Part shown: in pieces, positions 10,731 through 20,281 of the stretch
How the letters are laid out: each line of letters opens with the position of its first letter
How positions within the stretch are numbered: position 1 is the stretch's first letter
NCBI GenBank assembly: GCA_031963445.1
Contig: JASSUH010000002.1
Coordinates: 78,772-142,771, forward strand
Source of the DNA: Mycoavidus cysteinexigens
Lineage (GTDB): Bacteria; Pseudomonadota; Gammaproteobacteria; Burkholderiales; Burkholderiaceae
DNA length: 64,000 nucleotides
Direction: 5' to 3'
Position numbers and translations under genes: made by a program
The notes under the pieces: model-generated
The model's database searches: none
What the model saw: the letters and a program-made list of their open reading frames with translations, nothing else
What the model was told of the DNA's origin: nothing

Positions 10731-10969
10731 TTGAAAAAATCGAGCTCTGGGCGCTCTTGCTGCGGTAGCTGCTCACTGGTTGCTTGCACGAAATCGTCAT
10801 CTAAAGAACCGACTAGCGGACTTAACCAAGCCCAATCATGTGCAACAGGTTCAAGAATCACTGAATTGCCATGCCGCCGAATGCGTACTTCCTCAGTTTC
10901 AAAACGATATGCCTTGGGCAGCCTAACGGCCTGTGAACGGCCTGACCAGAATATTCTTGCGGTTTCCAT
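10727..10969 (-). CDS. vapB: Type II antitoxin VapB (AbrB/MazE SpoVT-type)
   Basis: N-terminal ...GRSQAVRLPKAYRF... motif, 80 aa, overlaps vapC. Confidence 0.85.
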   Translation of the reverse strand: METARIFWSGRSQAVRLPKAYRFETEEVRIRRHGNSVILEPVAHDWAWLSPLVGSLDDDFVQATSEQLPQQERPELDFFK

Positions 10970-11245
10970 AGAATTCTCCTGATTGGTATATTACAAAAGT
11001 ATATATCAACTATTATATGTTTGTGCAGTCTTGAGCCGCAACATAGTTTCGATGCGCCAAGTAGTCATTCAGCGACGTTAAATTTTTTTTGCTAGCTTAG
11101 AATCAAACATACTCGTAATGGGGAAAGGCAAATCCTGAGTTCACCGGTCAGTTCGCAACTCCATTTATTCTCAACGACCCCTTTCTCTCGCTGATGGTTC
11201 AGCAGGTCCCCTCATGTAAAGGAATGGAAAAGGCTGTACTTGTCT

Positions 11246-13660
11246 GTCGGGTAGCAGCAGTACATTACTGCACCACCGCCCCCTAAGAACTGTACGGGCG
11301 GGCTTTCCCCGCATACAGCTCAAGCCTTTCAAAGCCCCTTCTCGGGAGCCGGCTTCGTCACTTGTAAACCAAGGTTATGAATTTGCATGTGGCCAATTTG
11401 GAATGAACCATCACAAGGTTCCTTGACGCGTCGTTCCCTCCATCAACGCGGTCGGATAATGTGATGGACGTGCCACCCTGTTGTTTTTGTAAGCAGTTGG
11501 CGACACACGCAACAGCGGCGGTTCTGATCAAGCCATAAAGCGAATGAGCTTTTTGTAACCAGCAAGGTTTGCCCCGCATTTTCCGACCATGACGGTCTTC
11601 AAAGTAGTATTCCCATGCTGGGTCAAAAGGATTGGCTTCGGCTTTGATTTTTATGTGACGCTGAATCGGCTACGCCAGCGGCTAAGATGCAAGGTCTTCA
11701 TGATCGTTGCACCATCTGAGCGTTTTTCATCCGTCGGGGCTGCGAAGACCCAGCTCCGGTTCCGATGAAATGGAAATACCGGTGCTTTATCCAGCGGCCT
11801 CCCTTCTGAGTGTGCCTACGACGGCACCATTGCCACAACGCATGCCATATTGCGTTATCGACTTTGGAGAAGGTTTGCTTGGCGGCTACGTACTGGTGAT
11901 AGTTTGCCCATCCTTTGATGACAGGTTGAGTAAGCTAATCAAAATTGACTTGCCTGACTGCCTATTATCTTTAATGATTGAGCGAATTTTCGTCAGAACC
12001 GCTTGGATATTCTTTTTTGATGGTTTGATTAAAAACTTGCCGTTGTATTTACGGACGTTCTGACCTAAGAAATCGAATCCTTGTGCAATGTTTGTGATCC
12101 GGGTTTTCTCTGGTGATAGAGACAACCCTCTCTCACTCAGAAATTCTTTGATCACTGGTAACGCTTCATTTTCCAGTAACTCTTTTGAAGCTCCCGTAAC
12201 AATGAAGTCATCGCAATATCGCACAAGGTTAACTTTAGGATCGGTTCGACCGCCTTTGTAACTGACCTTGCCACAGGTCATTGCAAGTCGTTCTTGCAAA
12301 CCATCCCAACGTCATATTTGCAAGCACTGGTGAAATGATACTGCCCTGTGCTGCACCTTCTTCTGTTGGACAGAATCGTTGTTTTCCAGATATCCGGCTT
12401 TTAGCCACCGTCGCAGTATCTCCTTGTCTATCCGGAATATGTTCGATCAGCCAATCATGCGAAATTTTCTCAAAACAGGCTTGTATATCTGCCTCTAAAA
12501 ATCCACTGCGGCGAAACGCTTTTTAGCGAGTGTTATAAAGCACTGCTGAATCGCATCTGCTGTAGACCTTTCAGGGCGGAATCCGTAGGAATGCAGATCC
12601 GATTTTGTCTCCGAAATGGGCTGCCAGAGCCAACAGATATAAAGCTTGCTGGGCTCTGTCAATCATACTGGGAATGTCGAGCGTCTTTTCTTATTGCCAT
12701 TGCTTTTGGGTATGTAAATTCTACGCAGTGGCTTTGGTTTGTATCCGCGTCGCTTTAGTGTTTTGATAGCTTCGTATTTGGCGATTGGTGTCGACCATAT
12801 TGCCTTGTCTACCCCTGGCGTTTTCTTTCCTTGATTTTCAGTCACTCGTCTCACAGCAATTGCTTTGCCGCTGAACGAGTGGGTTAGTAACCACTGCAAA
12901 GCCTTTAACCTTACGGTGGTTACCTTCCTTCGTTGCCTTGACTATACGCACTTGCAGCTTTTTGACTTCTTGGTAACATTTGGCCCAGTTAATGCCGTGC
13001 CAGTGTTCCGCATAGCCGGAGGGCGCAACAGCACTTATTACATATGCCGACATCTGCTACCCTCCTAAAAAAAAATTTCTCAAGTTCTTTAGTCAAGAAA
13101 AGACCCGGTCGAATTGGGCCCCGTTTTCACGGGGAATAATCTTGCTGTTCAGCTCAATCCCTATCTGCTCCATTACAGAACAGCATGCTTTTTCGACCAT
13201 CCTTTACCCGCACCTCTATCGGTGTCCCTTGCGGTTCACTTTGCCTTAAAGGCAGAGATACGGGCTTACCGAGTTCCACGTTAGATACACGGATAGTTTA
13301 GGTCTTGCCTATCACCCGATGGTTTTCATATCCTCGTGCCCGCAATTATCATCAGACAACTTACCACTTACCTTTTGGTTCAAGCTTGTCAGCATCTTTA
13401 GCTTGTCAATACTTACGAGTTTTATCAGCAATTCACATACGTTGACCATGCTATCCAGCCTAGCGCCCCGACCATTTTGATGCTAACAGTCTTTGGTTTT
13501 GCCTCGCGGCTCTCCCTTCTCTTTCGAGGGGCTACATTGTCTTAAAAGCTTCTAACCCGATCATTGCTGGTCACGCTAGTTTTAATAGGCTACTGCCGGA
13601 GGAACGACAGGTTTCTCTTTACTTTTGAAACAATATCTAACGCGACTTTGCTCGTCGCAC
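11246..13660 (-). mobile_element. Decayed group II intron (ribozyme ends retained, IEP broken)
   Basis: The minus strand starts GUGCG at 13660. Domain V-like GAGCUGUAUGCGGGGAAAGCCCGCCCGUACAGUUC lies at 11287-11321. A domain VI-like stem ends ...CUACCCGAC at 11246. The ends parallel the intact copy at 30878..33315. Confidence 0.75.
11358..13053 (-). pseudogene. Group II intron reverse transcriptase/maturase, fragmented into at least four frames
   Basis: ORF fragments 12838..13053, 12663..12899, 11886..12299 (contains YCDDFIV) and 11358..11579 are colinear with the intact 573-aa IEP at 30951..32672. Confidence 0.85.
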
Positions 13661-14202
13661 GATAATGCGTATTAGCAGACTTGCATTTGCTTCTAAAAAT
13701 CTCGGTTCGGTAAAATATGCTGGGGATTTCATCAGTCAAAAGTTTGCTTTTTGGCGGATGGAACCCGCCGAGGTGGCCCATCTGACAAGCCAAATTGAAC
13801 ATCGATTGCTTAAAAATGAGAGACTTGCCGAAAAACCTATGTACTGGTGAGTTTGAAATGCAAGGCACCGATTAAATCGAGGTTCCCCTCACGCAAAGCG
13901 CATTGGATCAGAGACGGCCTACAGGGGGGGAGACCTACCAATGGCTTTCGTTGCGATAGGGCGGGTGTAAGAGAAGAACATAACCAGGCAAACTTGCTCC
14001 CGGGTGAGGGGGTGCAGACAGAGAGGCTATGCCCATCTGCCAGTCAGGTTGGCCTCAAGCAAAATGTGAGAATAAGTGTTGCTCTTTGGCCGGTAAACTT
14101 GGGCTAGTTGAGGGGGATGGAGCTGTCTGACGCTCATCCAACGTTCTGCGGTGTAAGGGCGCTTTGAATTTAGACACTGCAGCGACCACGTTTATCACCC
14201 GT

Positions 14203-17200
14203 TTACTGGTTTCCCTTAAGCGTGGAGCCGGTTCCCCCCACGACCCCGCGTTGTTTGAGCAAACGGGTATTCATCGAACTTAATCCTTTGACGCCCTCAA
14301 TCTTTGCGCCAACCAAGGTCAACGCCGCTTGCGTCGATGTCCACCGTAAGCTGGCCTGCCATTGATGATCTACTAGGATCAATTGCCAACAGCGAACCGC
14401 TTTGTCACCGCTGCCCGTAAACAGATAGTCGAGGTTGCTTATTTTTCTCCAGGCAACACTGTTAACGTTTCCATTAAAACCTTGAATCGTCGCAAGACAT
14501 TGACCCGAAACGATATTCCACACCCGCACCGTATTGTCCCCACTCCCGGAGACCACATACTGGTCATCAACAGACAGCGCCACGCTACTCACCCAACTCT
14601 TATGTCCGCTGAGGACGTGGGGCGCGGCATTGGGTGTTTGCCAATCCCACACTCGCACCGTCTTGTCCCAACTCCCGGAGACCACGTACCGTTCATCGGC
14701 CGACATCGCGACGCTATTCACCGCATCTTGATGCCCGCTGAGGACGCGAGGCGTAGCCTCGGGCGTTTGCCAATCCCACACCCGCACCGTATGGTCCCGA
14801 CTGCCTGAGAGCACATACCGACTATCGGCTGACATCGCGACGCTATTCACCACATCTTGATGCCCGCTGAGGACGCGGGGCGCAGCCTCGAGCGTTTGCC
14901 AATCCCAAACGCGAACCGTTTTGTCCTCACTCCCTGAGACCACATATCGGCCATCCGCGGACAGCGCCACGCTACTCACCCACCCCTCATGCCCGCTGAG
15001 GACGTGGTGCGCAGCCTCGGGCGTCTGGCAATCCCACACCCGCACCGTATGGTCCCAACTCCCTGAGACCACATATCGGCCATCCGCAGACAGCGCCACG
15101 CTCATCACCCACCCCTCATGCCCGCTGAGGACGCGTGGCGCCGACTCGGGTGTTTGCCAATCCCACACCCGCACCGTCTTGTCATTACTGCCTGAGACCA
15201 CATATCGGCCATCCGCCGTTAGCGCCACGCTCCTCACCACCCCATCATGCCCGCTGAGGCCGCGAGGTGTCGCCTCGGGCGTTTGCCAATCCCACACCCG
15301 CACCGTCTTGTCCCAACTCCCGGAGACCACATATCGGCCATCCGCGGACAGCGCCACGCTACTCACCTCTAATTTATGCCAGCCGAGTAAGCGAGGCGCC
15401 GCCTCGGGTGTTTGCCAATCCCACACCCGCACCGTCTTGTCCCCACTCCCGGAAACCACATATCGGCCATCCGCGGACAGCGCTACACTACTCACATGCC
15501 CCCAATGCCCGCTGAGGACGCGTGGTACGGCCTCGGGCGTTTGCCAATCCCACACCCGCACCGTCTTGTCCCAACTCCCGGAGACCACATACCGACCATC
15601 GGCCGACATCACGACGCTACTCACCGGATGCGCATGCCCGCTGAGGACGCGGGGTGCCGCCTCGGGCGTTTGCCAATTCCATACTTGTACCGTATTGTCT
15701 TGACTCCCGGAGACCACATACCGACCATCCGCGGACAGCGCCACGCTACTCACCCACCCCTCATGCCCACTGAGGACGCGGGGCACGGCATCAGGCGTTC
15801 GCCAATCCCAAACGCGAACCGTTTTGTCCTCACTCCCGGAGACCACATATCGGCCATCAGCAGACAGCGTCACGCTAGTTACCGCCCCAGCATGCCCGCT
15901 GAGGACGCGAGGCGCCGCCTCGGGTGTTTGCCAATCCCACACCTGCACCTTGTGGTCTCTACTCCCGAAGACCACATACCGACTATCAGCGGATAGCGCC
16001 ACGCTAGTCACCTCACTCTCATGCCCGGTCAGCCGCCCTTTTTCTTCGAGAGTATGTGTATCGTACAGTGTCACTATGTTGCCATATGCCACGACTAACA
16101 GGCGTCCATCCGATGAATAGCAGCAAGTATTAACTATATTTTTAAGCTGCAACCCTGGCAATTCTCCAAACTGCACGCCTTCCATGCGTGTGCCGCCCGT
16201 TAAGTCTGCGTTTCTTAGCCAGGTGCAGGTCAAATTTACCTTGCGCAGATCCGCCCCTTGCAGTTGAGCCGAATCCAATACCCCATAACTGAGATCCGCA
16301 CCGGGAATCTGAATCCCGGCTAGATCAGCTTCATTAAACGTCACTCCCGCCCTCATCAGAATCGTCATTGCATTGGCCGCCGCCTTACGCACCGTTGAGT
16401 CAGTTTTCGAGCGTTCTATTACCGCATGCAGTTGTTCCTTGAACAACGGCTCCTGTTTGACACGCTCGGCTAAAAATTGCACTATCGACGACTCGCCAAC
16501 TAAGTTTTTGCGGGCCAACAGCGAGTCGAGTAAAGGCTGCTCTACCGCTAACGCGACGACATCCACAGCATGTTGACTTTCAAAACTTAAGACAGAATCC
16601 ACACTCCCTCGACGGCTCAAGGGGGGTGGCAAGGCCACATCTTTTCCGCTCGTTTGCGGTTCACATATCGCCAGGGCTACTGAGTACTCCAGCAGTGATT
16701 TATGGATAAAGCGATATTGATTATTGCTGCGGCTTAAAGGGCTAGCTTCAAGCAGGAGCTGCGCCTCTTCATCTCGACCAAAGAAGGTTTCTTTCCACCC
16801 CCCTTTGTCTTTAAATTGGACATACTCAACCACTGGGTTACCCGCTTGCCGCTCATAGATCGCTACGGCTAGGTCTTTTAAAAAGGCAAGGCCATTTTGC
16901 GTAAAACCCTGATTAGACAATCGCTCAAACGCCTTCTTTTTTGACCCCGACAAGTCTTTTTCTGCTAACCGTTTTTTACCCCGTTCCAGCCACTGCTCAA
17001 CAAACTGGTCATACAAAGCGATCCGCGTGATGTGGACGCTCGAAAAATCTTGTCTCGAATCCACCAGGCGGGGCAATACCTCCAACGCTAGCTTTAAAAG
17101 AAAAGGATTACGGACTAACTCTTTTAAGTGGGGAATGCGATCTAGGGCTTGCTGGTAGATATCGGCCTGCCAAATTGGTTTTTCAATCTGCACGTATTGC

Positions 17201-18273
17201 TCGATATAGCTGGCAATCTTTTGCGCTGAAAACGGCGCAATCACCGCTCCCTCAAACAGCGTGGCATCCGCATGATGATTCCGATCGATCGGCTGAAAGC
17301 GATCTTGATAATCCGCCCCCAGATATTCGCTGCGGCAACTAATCACCATCTGCGCTTGCCATTCCCCAGCTTGATTCAACCGGTTACTCATATACAGATT
17401 ATGGGTTTGCTGACTCTCGTCATAGCCATCACAAATGGCAATAAACTCGCGGTAGGTTTTGAGTTCTTTAATCTGCAGTTCGTTGAAACCTTCTTTGCGT
17501 AAGTGCTTGGTAATCAGATCGTGCTCGGGCTGGTTAATCGCCGGCAGCGTTATAAAAAGCGGAATGCGCCCGCTCTTTTTATACTTGTCCCATAAATCGG
17601 CCTCTAGCCTGCGATTAAACGTCGATTTGCCGGCCCCCGAATTGCCTAAGAGTAAGCATACCTTCTTGGTATTCTCTTGCAGAAAACCGGTGACCTTCTC
17701 GGTCAGATCAAACAACTTGTCATCCGATGATTGCAAGCTGGGTTTGCCTTGCGGCGGAATATATAACGCGTCGCCGTGCGCTTTTACGCGTCGATGTTTG
17801 AGCTTACGCAGGTCGCTTTCGACATCGAGCTTTTGTTGGACACGATCCAGCAGCACAGAAGTCGTGGGCAATGGCGGGGCCAGGTTTAGCTGCATGCTGG
17901 AGGGGCTTTCGCGAGATAAGGCTTGCGGATCGGTATTTTTATGGCTTTCTAATGCTTGCAGCACGGTTTGGGCTGCCGGTGCGCTGACTGACGTGTCGGC
18001 TAACTGGCGTAAGATCTGCATAATCCATTGCTTTACATTGGCGTGGAGGCCCCAGGTTGCGTCGTCGCGATATAGCTGGTCTAAAAAATCTAAGGCATTT
18101 TGGCGTGTATCGGTATCCCATATCGGATTGGCCGCTATTTGACCCAGACGTTCAGCTAGCCCCCACTGAAAAGCCTGGTTTCGTCGATAAGACCCCTCGC
18201 ATACCAGTTGCTTAAACTGAGCGAGTTGACCAGCTTTTAGCTGTTTATCGGCGAGACGTAAGGGGGGTACCAC
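14203..18273 (-). CDS. NACHT (STAND) NTPase - pentapeptide repeat - WD40 protein (C-terminal 1356 aa of a split gene)
   Basis: Walker A GNSGAGKST and Walker B FIAICDGYDE. Pentapeptide run IPGADLSYGVLDSAQLQGADLRKVNL...NADL, then ~14 WD40 blades. Confidence 0.9.
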   Translation of the reverse strand: MVPPLRLADKQLKAGQLAQFKQLVCEGSYRRNQAFQWGLAERLGQIAANPIWDTDTRQNALDFLDQLYRDDATWGLHANVKQWIMQILRQLADTSVSAPAAQTVLQALESHKNTDPQALSRESPSSMQLNLAPPLPTTSVLLDRVQQKLDVESDLRKLKHRRVKAHGDALYIPPQGKPSLQSSDDKLFDLTEKVTGFLQENTKKVCLLLGNSGAGKSTFNRRLEADLWDKYKKSGRIPLFITLPAINQPEHDLITKHLRKEGFNELQIKELKTYREFIAICDGYDESQQTHNLYMSNRLNQAGEWQAQMVISCRSEYLGADYQDRFQPIDRNHHADATLFEGAVIAPFSAQKIASYIEQYVQIEKPIWQADIYQQALDRIPHLKELVRNPFLLKLALEVLPRLVDSRQDFSSVHITRIALYDQFVEQWLERGKKRLAEKDLSGSKKKAFERLSNQGFTQNGLAFLKDLAVAIYERQAGNPVVEYVQFKDKGGWKETFFGRDEEAQLLLEASPLSRSNNQYRFIHKSLLEYSVALAICEPQTSGKDVALPPPLSRRGSVDSVLSFESQHAVDVVALAVEQPLLDSLLARKNLVGESSIVQFLAERVKQEPLFKEQLHAVIERSKTDSTVRKAAANAMTILMRAGVTFNEADLAGIQIPGADLSYGVLDSAQLQGADLRKVNLTCTWLRNADLTGGTRMEGVQFGELPGLQLKNIVNTCCYSSDGRLLVVAYGNIVTLYDTHTLEEKGRLTGHESEVTSVALSADSRYVVFGSRDHKVQVWDWQTPEAAPRVLSGHAGAVTSVTLSADGRYVVSGSEDKTVRVWDWRTPDAVPRVLSGHEGWVSSVALSADGRYVVSGSQDNTVQVWNWQTPEAAPRVLSGHAHPVSSVVMSADGRYVVSGSWDKTVRVWDWQTPEAVPRVLSGHWGHVSSVALSADGRYVVSGSGDKTVRVWDWQTPEAAPRLLGWHKLEVSSVALSADGRYVVSGSWDKTVRVWDWQTPEATPRGLSGHDGVVRSVALTADGRYVVSGSNDKTVRVWDWQTPESAPRVLSGHEGWVMSVALSADGRYVVSGSWDHTVRVWDCQTPEAAHHVLSGHEGWVSSVALSADGRYVVSGSEDKTVRVWDWQTLEAAPRVLSGHQDVVNSVAMSADSRYVLSGSRDHTVRVWDWQTPEATPRVLSGHQDAVNSVAMSADERYVVSGSWDKTVRVWDWQTPNAAPHVLSGHKSWVSSVALSVDDQYVVSGSGDNTVRVWNIVSGQCLATIQGFNGNVNSVAWRKISNLDYLFTGSGDKAVRCWQLILVDHQWQASLRWTSTQAALTLVGAKIEGVKGLSSMNTRLLKQRGVVGGTGSTLKGNQ
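14482..16026 (-). repeat. Twelve tandem near-identical 129-bp (43-aa) WD40 units inside the coding sequence
   Basis: The unit GH..(x)V.SVALSADGRYVVSGS.DKTVRVWDWQTPEAAPRVLS repeats with only a few variable positions. Long identical nucleotide runs are visible. Confidence 0.9.
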
Positions 18274-19619
18274 GTGCTTTTGCGTATAAAGCTAAACCCT
18301 TCTTTGATGCATTCAGAAAAGTTCTGTCCGCTCTCGATCATCGACATCCAGCCTTCGTATGCATCCGTCACCGTTTGAACGATGCCAGCAGCACCAGCAA
18401 CGCCTTTGTGAATATCGCCTATCCCTTTGATAAATTCATTGATATCGAGCCCTTTGACCGCACTCGCGAGGCCGAAAACACCTTCTAGGACTTTTCCCGT
18501 GCGGCGTAGTGCCGCTTGCCACGGTGTTTCATCATCAGGCACATATTGGAGTGCCTGAAATGCATAGGCCGCTTGATAGACCAGATAAGGATCTTCACTG
18601 TTCTGCAAGGTTTTAAGATAGGCCGCAAGCGGTTCGTGCAGTCGTTCACGCTGCAAGCCAGTAATATGGTTATCAGCCATCGCATCTAACACGTGTGAGA
18701 CCGTGCGCGTCAATAGATACCGATTGGCCGTAGCCTGTGGATGGATCTTTGGTAGATGATCACTCAGCAGGGTTAATAGCTGTACCAGATCATCGACTTT
18801 CAATGTATCCGGCGCCGCCTCGTGTATCAGTTGATCAATCCCTTCGAGGATAGAGTCCTCAAATAAGGGGTTCTGCATTTCCTTCACCAACTTCGTTAAC
18901 AAATTTCTACCGAGATCTGGTTTGGCGCTCAGAGCGACGCACACGACTTCAGTAACGGTCGTGACCTCTTTGAGTTCATCATTGATAAAGGCTCTGACGA
19001 CGTCCGCGGCGAGCGTATGCAGTCGCTCTGCTTCATCTGCATCCTCTGCAGTGGCTTGTGACCAAGTCCGTTCTTCTGAACTGAGTGGTGCGTCCTTTAA
19101 CGAGGCAGCAGATAACAAACTCAGCGCGTACGCTAACTGAGGCGAGTTAGTCAGGCGCTCATCAGGTTGAGGTAGCGCATAGGTGGGCAGAGGGGGAGGG
19201 ACGTCGCTGGCAAAAATCGCGGAAAGAGGGATAGGGTGCGCGCGTTGAAGGGAAGGCGGGGGGCTGCTGGGGTGAGAAGAGTTAGGGGATTGACTTTGGA
19301 CATATCCCCATTTTTTTGCCTTTTTATAGCTGGCTTGTGCCTTCTCGGGGTGATTTAGCCGCTCTAACAGTTGGCCGCGCTCAAAATAAGTTTGACCGAC
19401 CTTATTACGTAGCATTTGATCCGCTGCGCTCTGAGGAGCTTGGGCTTTTCTCAAGGCCCTTTTCATCTGAGAGAGTGACGCTTTTGCATTCTCGCATAAG
19501 ACTAACGATATTTTAGGATCTTGGGCTTGGCGCGCACTCTCTAAATAAAAGTTAGCCAAATTCAACGTTTCTTGCTGCGAAAGCGCGCTTCGTGCTGAAG
19601 GAAAGATACCACCCAACAT
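18237..19619 (-). CDS. N-terminal domain of the same NACHT-WD40 gene, separated from 14203..18273 by a frameshift
   Basis: It ends ...KSTWYPPYVSPINS, while the downstream ORF begins VPPLRLADKQL. The paralog reads through the equivalent ...EPWYIQLRELDGL. The likely start is the ATG at 19619, preceded by AAGGGGA. Confidence 0.7.
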   Translation of the reverse strand: MLGGIFPSARSALSQQETLNLANFYLESARQAQDPKISLVLCENAKASLSQMKRALRKAQAPQSAADQMLRNKVGQTYFERGQLLERLNHPEKAQASYKKAKKWGYVQSQSPNSSHPSSPPPSLQRAHPIPLSAIFASDVPPPLPTYALPQPDERLTNSPQLAYALSLLSAASLKDAPLSSEERTWSQATAEDADEAERLHTLAADVVRAFINDELKEVTTVTEVVCVALSAKPDLGRNLLTKLVKEMQNPLFEDSILEGIDQLIHEAAPDTLKVDDLVQLLTLLSDHLPKIHPQATANRYLLTRTVSHVLDAMADNHITGLQRERLHEPLAAYLKTLQNSEDPYLVYQAAYAFQALQYVPDDETPWQAALRRTGKVLEGVFGLASAVKGLDINEFIKGIGDIHKGVAGAAGIVQTVTDAYEGWMSMIESGQNFSECIKEGFSFIRKSTWYPPYVSPINS

Positions 19620-20013
19620 AAGGTTCCCCTTATTAGGCGCTACTAATGATCTACGGCGTAGCAGGTGTACTGCGAGGCAATAGGCATTTCGCAGCAAACG
19701 CTTTTTGAATAAACAGAATACCTACGCGATCACGCTGATAGAATCAGGTAATCCCTAGATTTTTAAATCTTCTCTTATTGTTAGGTTGGCATTGGTTTTC
19801 CAAACGTCCATCATTTGAAAACCTGTTTCGCACAACTGATAGCTGAAAAGATATCCCCGCAACATGAGCATGAAGAAAGCAATAGCGGAGCATCATTTAG
19901 TTAATCCAAATTGGACTTCAGCTAATTTGCAGAGCAAGAAGGCTGCATAAGGGTAAGAAACGCGCGGTCAGACTGGAAGCAGCTCCTCTCTTAATTTTCG
20001 AGAGATTACGTGA

Positions 20014-20253
20014 TCAACAAGCTCGCCAGTAAGGACTTTTTCGGCTTATTCGACGGATATTTAGTTTCTCGATGAACGCATATCCTGCTGCTTCATTCTG
20101 AACCATTTCCGTTTTCATCCCATGCTGTCGAGAATGATTGCTACCCCACCGTCGAATAACTACTAAACAACCTAGCAGATCGCATATAAATTCGGCTTCA
20201 TACCAGCGGGCTGTATTTTCCCATCGTGCTATCGATAGCGTTTTAGCGTTCAT
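20014..20253 (-). CDS. Small WGR-domain-like protein
   Basis: The pattern RWYEAEF..DLLG...V.RRWG......G....... A...F.EKL..R..R is typical of stand-alone WGR proteins. Recognition is by eye only. Confidence 0.5.
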   Translation of the reverse strand: MNAKTLSIARWENTARWYEAEFICDLLGCLVVIRRWGSNHSRQHGMKTEMVQNEAAGYAFIEKLNIRRISRKSPYWRAC

Positions 20254-20281
20254 ACGAGCTTCTTCCTCTACTGAACATCGA

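Noticed and set aside
14482-16026. Regular 129-bp tandem repeats that could be mistaken for a CRISPR or satellite array
   Set aside because: The units are contiguous with no unique spacers. They are in frame and translate to WD40 blades.
14383-16120. Several long + strand ORFs (141-260 aa) antisense to the WD40 array
   Set aside because: They are repetitive read-through of the reverse complement of the 129-bp coding repeats (periodic Pro/Thr/Arg-rich translations). The minus-strand frame has clear WD40 and NACHT motifs.
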